From positions 20,867,029-20,931,028 of the forward strand of contig JAUZTB010000066.1 of NCBI GenBank assembly GCA_034780895.1: a DNA stretch of 64,000 nucleotides. The letters run 5' to 3'. This DNA comes from Rhynchobatus australiae. Lineage: Eukaryota. Position numbers and translations under genes: made by a program. How positions within the stretch are numbered: the stretch's first letter is position 1; the number at the start of each line of letters is the position of its first letter. Positions 1 through 13,524 of this stretch are shown piece by piece. The notes below the pieces were generated by a model. That model was not told the DNA's origin and ran no database searches. It saw nothing but the letters and a program-made list of their open reading frames with translations.

Positions 1-290
1 TATCTAAAATAGCAATATCCATTTATTTGGTTTTCATAATGGATTGGGAGAAATAAATATCATCCAGAATGCTGGGGATACTATCTAACTCTGTTCCAAA
101 ATAATGTCACATGATCTTTTATGTTCATCTCAAAGACCAAACAGGATTTCTTCCTTGTGCCCCAACAAAAGGATGTCCGTTTCCAAGAGCATAGCAGTTC
201 TCAGCTCTGCAACATCACAGTTTGTGCTCAAGTCTCTGAAGTAGGATTGCAAAACCACAGACTTCTAACTGACACACAGCTGACGCATAA
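1..290 (-). mobile_element. Decayed Deu-domain SINE (SacSINE1-like)
   Basis: Reverse complement aligns by eye with the better-preserved copy at 15706-16103 (agacttgagcacaaa, aaagatcatgtgacattattt). Confidence 0.6.
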
Positions 291-819
291 TGGAGGGAGA
301 GCAAAAACAAAATAGCAAGTGTATATTCATTTAATGCTATTCAGCTTTCCAACACTTACACCTGCTTCGTAGACAGTTTGAAAAGTTCACTGCTAGTCAA
401 ATGCACATGGAGACAAGACATGTGGTTGAGAAATCAAAGACATAAAACAGAAAGATACTCCTTAAGGCTTCTTTGAGAAAAACAATTGGAATGTGAGGGA
501 TATCATGGGAAGGATATAGCTGGTTGTGAATAAGGTGACTTCTTGCTTCCTACCCTTGGACTGGTGGAGTTGGAGTCGGGCAAGGTGGATGGATTGTTAA
601 GTTTAAAGTGAACAACAGCAGTTAAATGAAAAAAGTGAAGAGATAATATAAGTAGATTTTAAAATCCCAATTGATTTAGGTCACATCCAGCACATTGTGA
701 AGTTATAGGTTGGCCTAACAATGTCATGAAAATGTTTCTTTTGTTAAGAACACCAAAGCAATCTTCCAAGACAATTCAGAAGGAAAGAAAATGATCCTCC
801 AAATATAAATAAACAGACA

Positions 820-1050
820 AGATAATTGAAAACTGAAAATGCTGGAAACACTCAGCAGACCAGGCAGCATCTGTGAAAAGAGAAAATGTTTCATGGGAAG
901 AGGGCAAACTAGCAAATTTTAGCTTGTAGGAAGAGAAAGGGATGGATGGATAAGACAAGGGGAATATTTCTGAATAGGTGAGACCTGGGTTCCTGTGGTG
1001 ATAAGCTGTTGATGAAGCCATCTAGTTGACAGGTTAATGAGGGCAATCAG
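820..1050 (-). mobile_element. Penelope-like element terminal repeat fragment
   Basis: gaaaatgctggaaacactcagcagaccaggcagcatctgtg motif, shared with the ends of the Penelope element at 43363-44571. Confidence 0.65.
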
Positions 1051-1067
1051 AGCGAGTGAAAAACAAT

Positions 1068-1997
1068 CTGCTCTAACTCCATCTACAAGTTTGCAGATCA
1101 TACCACTGTTGTAGGCCATATCTCAAACAATGATGAGTCAGAATACAGGAAGGAAATAGAGAGCTTAGTGTCATGACAACAACCTTTCCCTCAATGTCAA
1201 CTAAACAAGAGAGCTGGTCATTGACTTCAGGAAAGGAGGCAGTGTACATGCACCTGTCTACGTCAACGGTGCTGAGGTCGAGAGGGTTGAGANNNNNNNN
1301 NNNNNNNNNNNNNNNNNNNNNNNNNNNNNNNNNNNNNNNNNNNNNNNNNNNNNNNNNNNNNNNNNNNNNNNNNNNNNNNNNNNNNNNNNNNNNNNNNNNN
1401 NNNNNNNNNNNNNNNNNNNNNNNNNNNNNNNNNNNNNNNNNNNNNNNNNNNNNNNNNNNNNNNNNNNNNNNNNNNNNNNNNNNNNNNNNNNNNNNNNNNN
1501 NNNNNNNNNNNNNNNNNNNNNNNNNNNNNNNNNNNNNNNNNNNNNNNNNNNNNNNNNNNNNNNNNNNNNNNNNNNNNNNNNNNNNNNNNNNNNNNNNNNN
1601 NNNNNNNNNNNNNNNNNNNNNNNNNNNNNNNNNNNNNNNNNNNNNNNNNNNNNNNNNNNNNNNNNNNNNNNNNNNNNNNNNNNNNNNNNNNNNNNNNNNN
1701 NNNNNNNNNNNNNNNNNNNNNNNNNNNNNNNNNNNNNNNNNNNNNNNNNNNNNNNNNNNNNNNNNNNNNNNNNNNNNNNNNNNNNNNNNNNNNNNNNNNN
1801 NNNNNNNNNNNNNNNNNNNNNNNTGTGACACTTTACTCTGTACTGTTATTATTTTTACCTGTACTACCTCAATGCACTCTGTACTGACTCAATGTAACTG
1901 TGCTGTGTAATGAATTGATCTGTACGAATGGTATGCAAGACAAGTTTTTCACTGTATCTCGGTACAAGTGACAATAATAAACCAATACCAGTACCAA
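1068..1997 (+). mobile_element. 5'-truncated Rex1/Babar LINE (RT C-terminus plus 3' tail), centre in an N gap
   Basis: Translates to SIYKFADHTTVVGHISNNDESEYRKEIESLV, then DNNLSLNV..RELVIDFRKGG..APVYVNGAEVERVE with frameshifts; the tail ends tttcactgtatctcggtacaagtgacaataataaaccaatacca. Confidence 0.85.
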
Positions 1998-2009
1998 AAG
2001 CTGTGAAAT

Positions 2010-2235
2010 GTAGGTCAGAGCTGACGGAAATGCTCAGCTGGTTAGAGAGTATTGGTGGAGGGGGAAAGAAACAGTTAATACTACAGGTAGATAACCTACA
2101 GAATTGACCAGTCTGATACAAACAGAAAAAAAACAAGTTACCTGAAATTGTTAAATTTGGTATCATGTCCTAAAGTTTGCAACATGGCTTGACAGAAAAT
2201 GAGGTGCTCTTACCTTTTCTTACTGCTTGTTGCAT
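2010..2235 (-). mobile_element. Decayed Penelope-like fragment
   Basis: Terminal-repeat remnant plus aagttacctgaaattgttaaattt...aatgaggtgctct, resembling the end of the endonuclease region of the 43363-44571 element. Confidence 0.5.
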
Positions 2236-2449
2236 CTTTGTGAATTATACACCAGAACATCCAAATCCCTCTACATCTCAGAAGTCTGCAGTCTCTCACC
2301 AGTTAGATAATATGCTTCCTTTTTATTTTTCTTGCCAAAAAGGACAATTCAGCACTTTCCCACATCACACTATCTCAGCAAAACAGCGATAATGTAGTAT
2401 CCCATTGAATCCTGATGGTTTGGCATCTGGTTCACTGGGTTTGATTTCC

Positions 2450-2695
2450 TGTGTTTCACTTAAACTCACTGGGCTTGTGTTTCTAGAGCTCCTTTTAAAT
2501 ACATCGGGCCCCATTCCACACTCTCTCTTTAAACTCACCGGGGCCCCATTTCCCCATACTTCCTATAATCTCACCAAGCTCCCTCTGCTTCCCAAACTCC
2601 CTTTAAACAAACCAAGTTCTATTTCCCTTTACTCACTTTAAACTCACTGGGGCCCCATTGTGTGTGTTCCCTTTAAATTCACCTGATTCACTGGA
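2450..2695. repeat. Degenerate minisatellite, ~33-35 bp unit (ccctttaaactcacyggggccccatt...)
   Basis: At least six diverged tttaaactcac/ggggccccatt units; related units occur at ~60920-60970. Confidence 0.6.
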
Positions 2696-3130
2696 AATTT
2701 TATTATACCATGACAAAACATTAAAAAAAGTGAATTAAAAAGTGTTTTGTGGTATTAATAGGAGTGATGGTTGATGCATTGGTTTTAATTTTCTGAAATT
2801 CCCTAGATTTGGAGAGGGTTCCATTATATTGGAAAATAGCAAATGTAACTCCTTTATTCTCAAAGGGAGAGAGCATGAAAGCAGGAAACTACAGTACTAT
2901 TATCCAATAGTCCAGAACATTTGCTAATATGACCCCACCACAAATTTTCATAACAGCTTTATGTCATTAACATATTTATTAACCATATCCTCTGTGCCTT
3001 TATCTAAATAATTCATGCAAAATTTAAGACCCAGCACAGATTCCTGTGGCAAACCACTCAATACATCTTGCCAAGCAATGCACAACTCCCTGTATCCCAT
3101 TAACCAGCCAATCTTCTATCCATGCCAGTA

Positions 3131-4270
3131 CCAAGAGGATTGATGAGAGTAGGGCAGTGGATGTTGTCTACATGGACTTTAGCAAGGCCCCATATGGTAG
3201 TTTGGTCCAGAAGGTTAGAATATATGAGATCCAGGGCAAGATTGCAAATTGGATACAAAATTGGCATAGTGACAGGAGGCAGAGGGTGGTAGTGGAGGGT
3301 TGACTTACAGATTGGAGGCCTGTAACCAGTGATCAGCCACAGGNNNNNNNNNNNNNNNNNNNNNNNNNNNNNNNNNNNNNNNNNNNNNNNNNNNNNNNNN
3401 NNNNNNNNNNNNNNNNNNNNNNNNNNNNNNNNNNNNNNNNNNNNNNNNNNNNNNNNNNNNNNNNNNNNNNNNNNNNNNNNNNNNNNNNNNNNNNNNNNNN
3501 NNNNNNNNNNNNNNNNNNNNNNNNNNNNNNNNNNNNNNNNNNNNNNNNNNNNNNNNNNNNNNNNNNNNNNNNNNNNNNNNNNGGGGAATGTTTCTGAACA
3601 GCGAGACCTTGGGGTACAAGTATGTGGTTCCCTGAAAGTGGAAACACAGATGGACAAAGTGGTGAAGGTGGCATGTTGTATACTTGTCTTCATCAGCGGA
3701 GGCATGGAATATTGGAGATGAGATATCACACTACCATCGTACAAATTGTTGGTTATGTCACAGTTGGAGTATTGTGTGCAATTCTGGCTGGCACGTTATA
3801 GAAAGTGTGTGATTAAGCTGGAGGCAGTACAGAAAAGATTCACAGACTTGTTGCCTGGACTGGAGGGCTTGAGTTATAAGAAGACACTGGACAGGCTTGG
3901 ATTGTTTTCCCTGGAGCAAAGGGGGACCTTATAGAGCTTTATAAAATTATATGAGACATAGATAGGCACAGTCTTCTTCCTCACGGTGGGGGGCCTAGAA
4001 CTAGAGGGCATAAGTGTAGGGTGAGAAGGGAAAGATTTAAAGGGGATCTGAAGGTGATGGGTATATGGAACTAGCTGCCAGAGGANNNNNNNNNNNNNNN
4101 NNNNNNNNNNNNNNNNNNNNNNNNNNNNNNNNNNNNNNNNNNNNNNNNNNNNNNNNNNNNNNNNNNNNNNNNNNNNNNNNNTGGGATTAGCGAATACAGG
4201 CATTTTGGTTGACATGGACAAGCTGGGCTGAAGGCCCTGTTTCCATGCTGTATACCTCTGTGGATCTATG
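3131..4270 (+). mobile_element. 5'-truncated CR1 (HER1-like) LINE
   Basis: RIDESRAVDVVYMDFSKA..NWIQNW..RRQRVVVEG, EQRDLGVQV, LEYCVQFW..KLEAVQKRFT..LDRLGLFSLEQR, and the CR1 3' tail gggctgaaggccctgtttccatgctgtat. Confidence 0.9.
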
Positions 4271-5329
4271 AATATGCTACCTCCAACACCATGAGCTTGT
4301 ATTTTCTGCAATAACCTTTCATGCAACATCTTATTAAATGCCTCCTGGGAGTCTATCCATTACTACATTCACCAGTTTCCCTTTATCCGCACCACACGTT
4401 ACTTCTTAAACTCCGATATGTTGGTCAAACACTGTTTCCCTTTCACAAAACCATGTTAACTTTGCCCAATTACCTTGTATTTTTGTCAGTGCCCTGCCGT
4501 AATGTACTTAATAATAGCCCCTAACATTTTCTGGGTGACAGATGTTAAGCTAATTGTAGTTTCCTGTTCTTTATTTCCCCCCCTTCATGAATAAAGGAAT
4601 TACATTTGTTGTTTTCCAATCTGATGGAACTTTCCCCAATTCTAGGAAATTTTGAAAAGTTAAAACCAACACTTCAACTGTTTCACTACTTCTTCTAAGG
4701 TCATCAGGACCAGAAACTGGTCAGCCACAGCTCCAACAAATTTGCTCGCTATTACTTCCCTGGTGACTGTAATTTGCCCTAGTTCCTCCCTCCCAATTTC
4801 TGATTTACAGCTTTCTCTGAGATGTTACTTGTATCCTCTACCATGAAGGCTGATGCAAGATACCCGTTTACTGTGTTTTCCATATTAATTCCACAGATTC
4901 ACTTTTCATAGGATCAAAACTGACTTTGGTAAAACCTTTCTTTTTGAAACATCTATCCAAGCTATTACTTTCTATTTTTATACCTTTGTCTAGATTTATC
5001 TCGTACTCTAATTTTTCCTTCCTTATTAATCATCTAGTTATTTTTTGCTAATTTTTATTTTCTGTTCAATCTTCTGACCAGCCACATGCAATACAATTAT
5101 ATGCTTTTTCTTAAGTTTGATACTAGCTTACATTTTTTTTTGAGTTAACCACTGGTAGTGGGTCTTCCACTTGATGGAAGAAGGGTGCAACAGTGATTTA
5201 AGGAGTCAACAGGCTCTGGATCAACTGGTGAAAAAAAAAAATGACCGTGGGAAGCTTAGTCATTGTGTGAAATGGAGTGGGTACTAGAGCTCCAGAAAGG
5301 CACTCCTGACAGGAATCCAAGAGCCACAA

Positions 5330-5490
5330 CCTGCAGATGCTAGAAATCCAAAATAAAACAGCGAATGATTGAAATATTTAACAGGCTAGACAGCAGCTTT
5401 GGAGAAGGAAGCAATGTTCTTTCATCAGAACTGATAGTCATTGGCCTGATCGTTGCCTGACCTGCAGAGTACACCCAGCATTCTCTGTAT
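5330..5490. mobile_element. Fold-back (inverted) Penelope terminal-repeat derivative
   Basis: ctgcagatgctagaaatc...cagcagctttggag arm followed by the inverted arm gcctgacctgcagagtacacccagcattctctg. Confidence 0.55.
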
Positions 5491-6023
5491 ATACGTGCTC
5501 CTGGCAGATGGGCTAGGTCAGTGTCTAAGGACACAAACAGTCTCCGGGTGCCCACACTTTGGGGGAGGCCTGCCATGAAGGCAAGTGGCCTTGCCTGCGC
5601 TCTCTGCTCCTATGGGCTGAAGGTAAAATAGTTGAAGTCTTCTCTTCTTGAGTTTGGGTGATCTCTCCAGTGCAAAAGTGAGCAGAAAACTGAAATGTAG
5701 CAGAGATGAGAAGCAACAGAATGGAATAATGCCAGGATTAGGAAGCTGAGAAGAAACCAGTCAGGACACTTATATGAGGTTACATTTCAAGTTGTTAGTT
5801 ACTCAAACAAAGAGTACAGTTTGAGGGTTAGTCCATTAAATAGCACAGTTTCAGGGCAAACATTGTTCATAAAATCCAATTGGTTTGTGAGTGAATAAAT
5901 AAAGGTCACTGAGGATGAACATCTCACAGATGCGTTTTCCATCCGGGGGGGGCGGGGGGATGGATCTGCCAGCTGCTATGGAGCTGCAGGTGTCTTCCAT
6001 CAGGTGGAAGTGGGGCCTTTTTA

Positions 6024-6395
6024 NNNNNNNNNNNNNNNNNNNNNNNNNNNNNNNNNNNNNNNNNNNNNNNNNNNNNNNNNNNNNNNNNNNNNNNNNNNNN
6101 NNNNNNNNNNNNNNNNNNNNNNNCATGCCTTCTGTCCACACCCCCACCCACCGGGGTGGGGGGGGAGGGGGTGTGCCGAGCCAAGCAGAGCTGGCAGCAC
6201 TGATCAAACTCACTTGTTCACCGAGTCAGTGAGGCTGACTGGTGGCTGCCCTTCCCACACCAGCTCAATCTCCCGTCACAGCCGTCTCTGTGCTCCTCTC
6301 CCACACACTGTTTTTGTGCACTTGCAACTTGGGAAAAATTCAGTTTGCGAACAGTTCTCAGGAACAAAACCCTGTCGTAACCTGGGGACTGCCTG
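6024..6395. mobile_element. Probable Tc1/mariner (Tigger/pogo-type) non-autonomous DNA transposon
   Basis: Right end reads gtcgtaacctggggactgcctg|TA (TIR CAGGCAGTCCCCAGGTTACGAC plus TA target). The left end is presumably in the N gap, which is preceded by TA. Confidence 0.55.
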
Positions 6396-9300
6396 TATAC
6401 TAAATTACTGAAAAAGCAGAACTAAAACACTACTGCAAAATTTACCCCCTCTTCCTCTATTCTTTTGATGCAATGCAACATTTGTAGTGTAACAGCTGAA
6501 CAAATCACATACCCTCAACTAATCTCTAGCAACTAATCAGCCTCCTCCATGTGACATATGCCACTAACCCAGAAATTAGTCAGCCACTGGGTTGGTTCCT
6601 TCACAGAAAAGCTCTTCAATTTAGCATCTCCCCTTGAAAACAATACTGCAGGAATGCATGGAACAAAGCAGAAGACCAGTTTAAAATCACTAGTCTGAAA
6701 TGAGTTGGATTTTTGCCAGAAAAGCAGTTAGGGCAGAGTAACTACCCCTGACCCTCCAAGGCCAAACTCCCACATATCAGCTTCACATTAAGTGGAAACA
6801 TTTCAGAAATCTCAGCAGTACTGGATGTACAGGATTCTGTAATTTAATCATCTACCCTTGAAGGCATGTAGTCCCGCCTTCAATATTTATTTAGATTCCT
6901 TTTAAAGAAATTAATCAAAGTAAATGAATTGTTTTTGAGAGAAGTCCATTGCACATATCTATTACAGGGTGAAAATTAATTCTTTGTAGTCTCAGATTGC
7001 AGGGACTGAAGCTTATTCATTCTGTATCATGTTTCTGAATTCGGAATAACCCAAATAATTTGTTTAAATACAAGTTATTAATTCCCTTCAATATCTATAA
7101 AATTCTGTCTCGTGACCCAAATAAGATTTCTTACCAATGAAAACAACTTTATGAATTTAAAACATAAAATGCTGGAAACACAGCAAGTCAGGCAGCATCT
7201 GTGCAAAGAGGAAGTCTGTGAACTTTAGTTATTCCCGATTGCATTTCCTCAAGTGCTTTTCAACAGAATACAGTCATGCTTTTGCATTTCTTTTCTATGA
7301 GAAGTACCTGCAATGCCTTGGTCAGCTAACCAGTCGCTCAGTTGTAGATACTATGAAGACATTTGATTCAATATTTGACAGTGCAGAGATGGCTAATCAC
7401 AGTTTGGATAGCAGTGGAGTTCTGCAATTTATATTAATGCAAGGACCAGGGCTTTAGCTATTGCTGTTTGAAGTGCAGGTTTCAGGGACAAATCATATTT
7501 TTGCCTTGCCTGTATGATTATGGGCAAGCTACTATTAAAGCGCAATATAAATAATAGGCTTCAATAAAACAATTCACACCTAGCCCATCAACTTTACACG
7601 AAGGAGGAATGTGGAGGAATTGCAACCTATTCATCTGCATGGGGCCACTGTCCTGTGAAGGTGTTTGTTGTTTTTACACATTTTTAAAAAATAGCTTATT
7701 GTTTATCCTTAAAACAGAAACATTCCTGATTAATTAAATCTGACTCAATTAATCCCAGATCAATGAATACATTCACTCAATCTTTTGCGAGAGCATTGCA
7801 ACATGTTTATTTTATCTAAGTAATATTATGTTGTGATAAACTTCTGCTAAAGACACTGGCTAAAATATATAATGGGAGTTGTCCTATTTAGGCACATGTT
7901 TGATTCTCCCTGTTCCCTCAACTTGTCTGAGAGACTCGATTCTTGATGTGAATGCTTTGTCTGAGTTTTATGAAGTTCAGAATCAGTGAAAACCAAACAA
8001 GATCAGTTAAAGGACATTCCCTTCCCTCATCCACCCATCAGTGAAACACACCTTCCACGCACCATAATTGGTTTACAGTCCCAACAGTTAGCCAGCCACA
8101 CCCTCCCTGTGATTACCCTACTTTTTCTCCCCACCTGAGAATTAAACTAATCCTTGCTCCTTGCAGTGAGTCAACCAGTCCTGCAGTTGGCTGCCCCGCC
8201 TTTTTGTAAACAGAATTTGTAAAAGTCTGGAAGGTGTTCAGGGACTTTGCCTCAATGAAAACACAAAACTCAGCTTTTCCATTAGTTTTCTGTACTATTT
8301 GGCTCTAACAGTTTGTCATTTTTCAGTCAGAACTGTCTATGTTACAATGTTCAGGGTAATCATCAGGTTTATTGATTGCTTGCGCAACATTGAATAGTTC
8401 TCGGGTGCAAGTTTTGATCATCCCAATTTACCCCTTTAAATATTTTCAGTCAAGCCATCTCTGAATTTAAATATATAGCTACATTCAATGAAAACTGGGA
8501 TGGTATGCAAATTTTGTAGAGTGCCAACATATTAGTCAATTTATCATAATTCCTATTATAGATCTTTCAATGTTATATACTCTGTGGGCACAGCACATGG
8601 AACTTTCTCTGTTGCCTGGCTGAGAGTTAATATGACTGTTATATTCCAATGTTGGAACACAGACAAAGCAGACCCAAAAAACATTGATACTCACTGTACA
8701 AGGTGAAAATACAAAGGGTGTCAAGAGGCAGATATTGATGGTTGAACCCAACACTGTAAGCAACTTTATTCCTCTCCAGAGTTGCTGTGAATTTCAGAAG
8801 GGAGAGGAATTTTTCCTTTGGATCATTGAGTTGCTGGGTTTGAAATATGCAATATGCTTGATGATGGATATACCCAGGATACGAGAAATTCTGGCAGGTT
8901 CTGATTAAAAATCACACAATGAAAGAAAGGCTTGCGCTGACAAGGTGACTTTGAGTCTCTGGATGACCCAAAACCTTTTACAGCCAATGAAGGGAACCCA
9001 GAGTCTTATTACTTCCTGTAATAATTTTAGATGAATTTCTACAATTTGTGGTGAAGAATAATTTCACAAAATGGTAAAGATTGCACATATTAGTCAAACG
9101 TAACCACAAGCTTAAACTTTAAATCCAATATTATTATACAGCAGCTCCCTCTAGAGGCAATGAGTTGGCAGACAGCTTTGCTTTCAATACTATGAAGGCA
9201 GGATTTTCAACTGAATTAACATTAGTTCACAAGTGACTATGAGGCAGATAAGTGCAGACAATTGGACGGCTTGTTATGTTGCATGCTCCCACCACCACTG

Positions 9301-10551
9301 CTACCACTCCACCCCACCCCCACCTAAACAAGCCATAAAATTATTTGATGATTTTCCATCTCACTTCAAACCCTGGTGTGCTCACCCATCAATGAGCATG
9401 TCTGTTCAAATGAGGTGATAATAAAGTGTCACACTTTCCATCAATACCACCTGCCTGGTGCTGAGTACTCAGTCTGTGCACAACAGATGCCCAGTAGTGC
9501 AACCTGTGATACAATGCAAGACGATCAATCAACACTTCCAATGGTGACAGATTTTCATCTTTATTAGAGGCACCAAGATCTATTTCATACTTGGATGCAG
9601 CTCAACCCTTTAATCTGCAGCTACGTCCCAGGAACCTGCAGAGAATACGATTCTGACCCTAGATCATTTGCCAGAGCTCTTTTGAATTATATTCAGGCCA
9701 ACTAAGCACATTACAGCTTTATTACTTGTGGAGGTTGTCTCAATAATTCTCTGAAGTGCAAGTTCAGATAATTTATCCCAAAAGACATCACATAAGTGAG
9801 GAATGTACCACCAAGCAAATTTCTAAACTGATCTCAAGGCTCCAAAATAATTGTTCTGTGCAGCTTACAAGAAATAAAGAAAGTCTTAACATACATTTCA
9901 TTTTTAGTGGATGTTAATTTAAAAATGATAATCAAAATATAATTATCAAAGAAAATACTAGCATTCAACAAAGACAAAGAATGTGACCCGATTATTAGGT
10001 TCAAAAATTTCTTAACAGCCCAGTAGGGTTGAGGGGATCGTAGGGAAAAGGACTATTTATTGCCTAACTCTATGGAGGTGGTGCCAGGTTAATATCTTGA
10101 TCAACTACATTGTGTAACAAACAGTTCAAATCACTAACTATTAAAAGTCAACCATCTTCATTTTGGACTGGAATCAAATATAGATCATTCCAGGTAAGAA
10201 CAGAATGTTTCTTTCTCCAAGGGTATTGGTGAACCAGTTCTTTGTCTTGCAGCAACTCAGTCCAAAGTTTTTCAGATTGTTGGTTAAAAGACACACCTGA
10301 ATAAGAGTGTCCTCAATGGTATCAGAAACTGCAGCGTTCACTCAAATGCTTCCACCTTTTGTAGACTTGCACTGAAAATGTTGTGCAATGACTGAAGCCA
10401 CTTAAAGAATGTGATACAATAGAAACACATTTCAGCTTGTTAGGATGCCCAAAGCAAACATACTTTTGGAGTGAAACCACTGTTGTATTATTGGAATCAA
10501 CTGACAGTTTTGGTGAATCAACATCCATGAGGTCCAGGGTATGTACCACAC

Positions 10552-10830
10552 TAACATAGAACATAGAAAAGAACAGCACATGGACAGGCCCTTTGGCCCA
10601 CCATGTTTGCACCAGCCATGATGCTAATCTAATTATCCCATCTGCCTGCACATGGTCCATATCCCCCTATTCCCTGCCTGTTCCTGTGTTCATCTCAATG
10701 TCTCAAACAATGCTATTATATCTGCTTTTATCACCTCCCCTGGCAGTGCATTCCAGGTACCCACCACTGTGTGTCAAAAACTTGCCTCGCACATCTTTAA
10801 AATTAAACCTATGCCCTCTAGTATTCGACT
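10552..10830 (-). mobile_element. CR1 LINE 3' end
   Basis: aacatagaacatag tail, acaggccctttggcccacc, ctggcagtgcattccaggtacccaccact. Confidence 0.8.
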
Positions 10831-11892
10831 GATGAAAGAATGTGTCCAATGATTCTAATGAGAAAACACTATCTGTGCTCAAGATGACAGCGCTGGCTCT
10901 ATTATTAGAAGGTATGTCTACAAGAGAGTTAGTAATCTAATTCCATATCCAATGATGGTGTTTTAGATCATTGCAGCTACTTCCCACTGACTTTATTGAT
11001 TACTGCTCATCATTCTGTGATAGCTGTATGGTACTGCTATAGTTAGAATAAAATAGAAACAAGTAAATATTTATGAAAGCAGTCATGTTTGAAATCTATT
11101 CATATACTCTAGTCATAATCCTTTTTATATACTATTGCCTTTCTGAACAATATCTGAACCCCCCCAAAAAAGTCTTTTTGTTTCATATTTTCTGCTATTT
11201 GCATGCGGTATGTTGATGATTTCCTTAAAGACATAGGAAAAGTACATGTAATGTTGTTTCAAAAAACAGATAAACCTTATACTCTTAAAATGATTTGGTT
11301 TTGCTTTAGAAAGTTCCAAGGATTGTGCAAAATATAAAATTTGTAAAGTAAGTTTATTTTAATGCACAGCATGTCACTGACCTGTCATTGGGTTCAAGAA
11401 AACGCACCGTTTTAGCAAAAAAAGATTTTTGCACCAAGATTATTTTATTTATACAAAACTTTTATTACTTTAGCAAAAGAATGCCAAATTCTGTGAATAT
11501 ACACCTAGCAACCAGAGAATTATAGTTTCTAGTATCTTACATGAGTAAAACACAGCAGAATATACTAAGGTCATTAATATAACTTACCCTGCACATCCTC
11601 AGCAATGCACCAAAGTGTCCCATTGGATTTCTTCTCAAGTCCCTGGAGTGGGACCAAAACCCACAACCTCTGACTCAGATGCTGAGAGTGGCATGAAACA
11701 TGATTGACAGAAGTGGGCTTTACATTACATTATTACTATGTGCTACAAAATGCCACCCACCAGGACAGTATACACATGTTAAATTCAATACATGTGATCC
11801 AGCAGTAGCAACATGCACAAATTCTTTTCCACAATCAAGCCTTCTCTCTGACCACAAGGGGGACCCTGCACACTATGTACCTCAGCGATTTC

Positions 11893-12830
11893 AAAAAGCA
11901 GAAAACTACAAATGCTGGAAACACTCGGCAGGTCAGGCAACATCAGTGGAGAGAAGAACAGGTTAAATATCTCAGGTGCTTTCCTCAGAACTGGAAAAAT
12001 GAGAAAACAAGTATATTTTAAGTTGCAGAGAAGAGGCAGAGGTAGAGGGATCCAAACGTCTGTGAGAGAGGGTGGGGATCTTTAAAATCCAAGTGACACA
12101 AATGTTGCTGGTGCCATCTTAGAGAGGGTGGTGATCTGTCTGGAGGACATGTCAATAAAGGGAAATGAATGAGGGCAAAAGAGAGAGAAGTAACCAACAA
12201 TGCTGGAACTGTGAGCTGCAGTTGTGAGAAAGCTGAGAGTATTTCTCACAAAAACAGGAGAGGATGTTTGTCTGAAAGTTGTTGAACTCAGTATTGAGTT
12301 CCAAGGCTGTAATGTACCTGGACAAAGGATGAGGTGCTGTTCTTCAAAACTGCATTGAGCTATGTTGGAACAGTGTAGAGGGTAAAGACAGTAAGGTCAG
12401 AGTGGGAATGGAATGGAGAATTAAAGCGACAGGCATCTGATAACTCAGGGTCATCCTTGCAGACTGAATGGAGCTGTGCTGTTAAGCAATCATCCAATCA
12501 GCATTTGGCCTCTCCAATGTAGAGACCACCACATTGAGAGTGCCAAATGCAATCCAGTAAATTTGAAGAAGTGAAAATGAATTGCCCTTTCACCTAGGGG
12601 TGTTTTGGTCCCCAGATAATGGGAAGGGAAGCGGTACAAGGGCAGGTGCTGCATCTCCTATGGATGCAAGGGAAGAGGTTGGTGGGCATGGAAGGGTGAG
12701 CCAGGGAGCCGAGAAGGGAACAGTTTTAAAGAGGAGGGGAGGGGAAGACATGTCTGCTGTGGTTTCATTATTGAAGGGGAAACATTGGAGGAGAAACTTA
12801 ATATTGATTGCTGGTTGGAAATGCATCTGA
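11893..12830 (-). mobile_element. Decayed Penelope-like retroelement (GIY-YIG region plus terminal repeat)
   Basis: Minus strand gives SQCGGLYIGEAKC*LDDC...VCKDDPELSDACRFNSPFHSHSDL; terminal repeat at ~11893-12010. Confidence 0.8.
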
Positions 12831-13524
12831 GAGTAATGACCTCCAGTTATAGTCCTCTCCCCACATTTAGTTCCACTAAAGTCACCTGAACTGAAGGTCA
12901 GACGGTGAGTGCAACCAATACACTCACATTCCATTCATGCCGGCAACCAAAGACAGCTTTCTACACCATTGGCTTAAACGGTTTCTAATGTTTGACTGAA
13001 TAACGATCACCCAGCAAGTGTTTTAGTTTAAGTCCATATTTTTCTTGTGCACTCATCTCCTAGGCAGGCACCACTCTCCACAATGTCATCATCCCCAGGT
13101 GGAATGGCAAGCCTCAGACATTATTCTTCTCTCCATTAATTAGAGGGTAGCTGACACATGGACTATGAAATGAAGGGTAGGGGTTGGGATAGGGGCTGGG
13201 GCAAGTCAAGCTCTCCGAAGTTTAAACCTTCATCCAAATTTAGGCAAAATATGAAGGTTAGACTGGATGTTGGTATTCAAGGTGGGATCTGACTACCTGA
13301 CTCCCAAACCTGACAGGACTTAACTGTGTCCCCCCAAATCAGCTATTAAAACTGTACAGGTCTCAGGGTTGGATCTTTATAAGTAAATACATTAAGGCAG
13401 AGTATGATGAGACGTGATGGAGCTGAGTGCACACAAATAGCCAGCAAGTGCTAATAGTACAGGATGGTGTATGGATACAGTGATGGAACTTAAAATTAAA
13501 CTGGTCAACGTTAATGACAACATG

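Larger units (their letters stand above)
2240..5165 (-). mobile_element. Old fragmented CR1-type LINE (host of later insertions)
   Basis: Antisense CR1 ORF2 remnants at ~2240-2370, ~3000-3130 and 4270-5165; sequence reads continuously across the inserted + strand CR1. Confidence 0.65.

Noticed and set aside
1073-1910. Long ORFs of 245-252 aa (similarly 3100-3744 and 36283-36912)
   Set aside because: Length comes from translating N runs; the real parts are LINE fragments or non-coding.
2450-2695. Repeat-spacer-like pattern resembling a CRISPR array
   Set aside because: Units are degenerate with no unique spacers or cas genes, and the context is vertebrate; it is a minisatellite.
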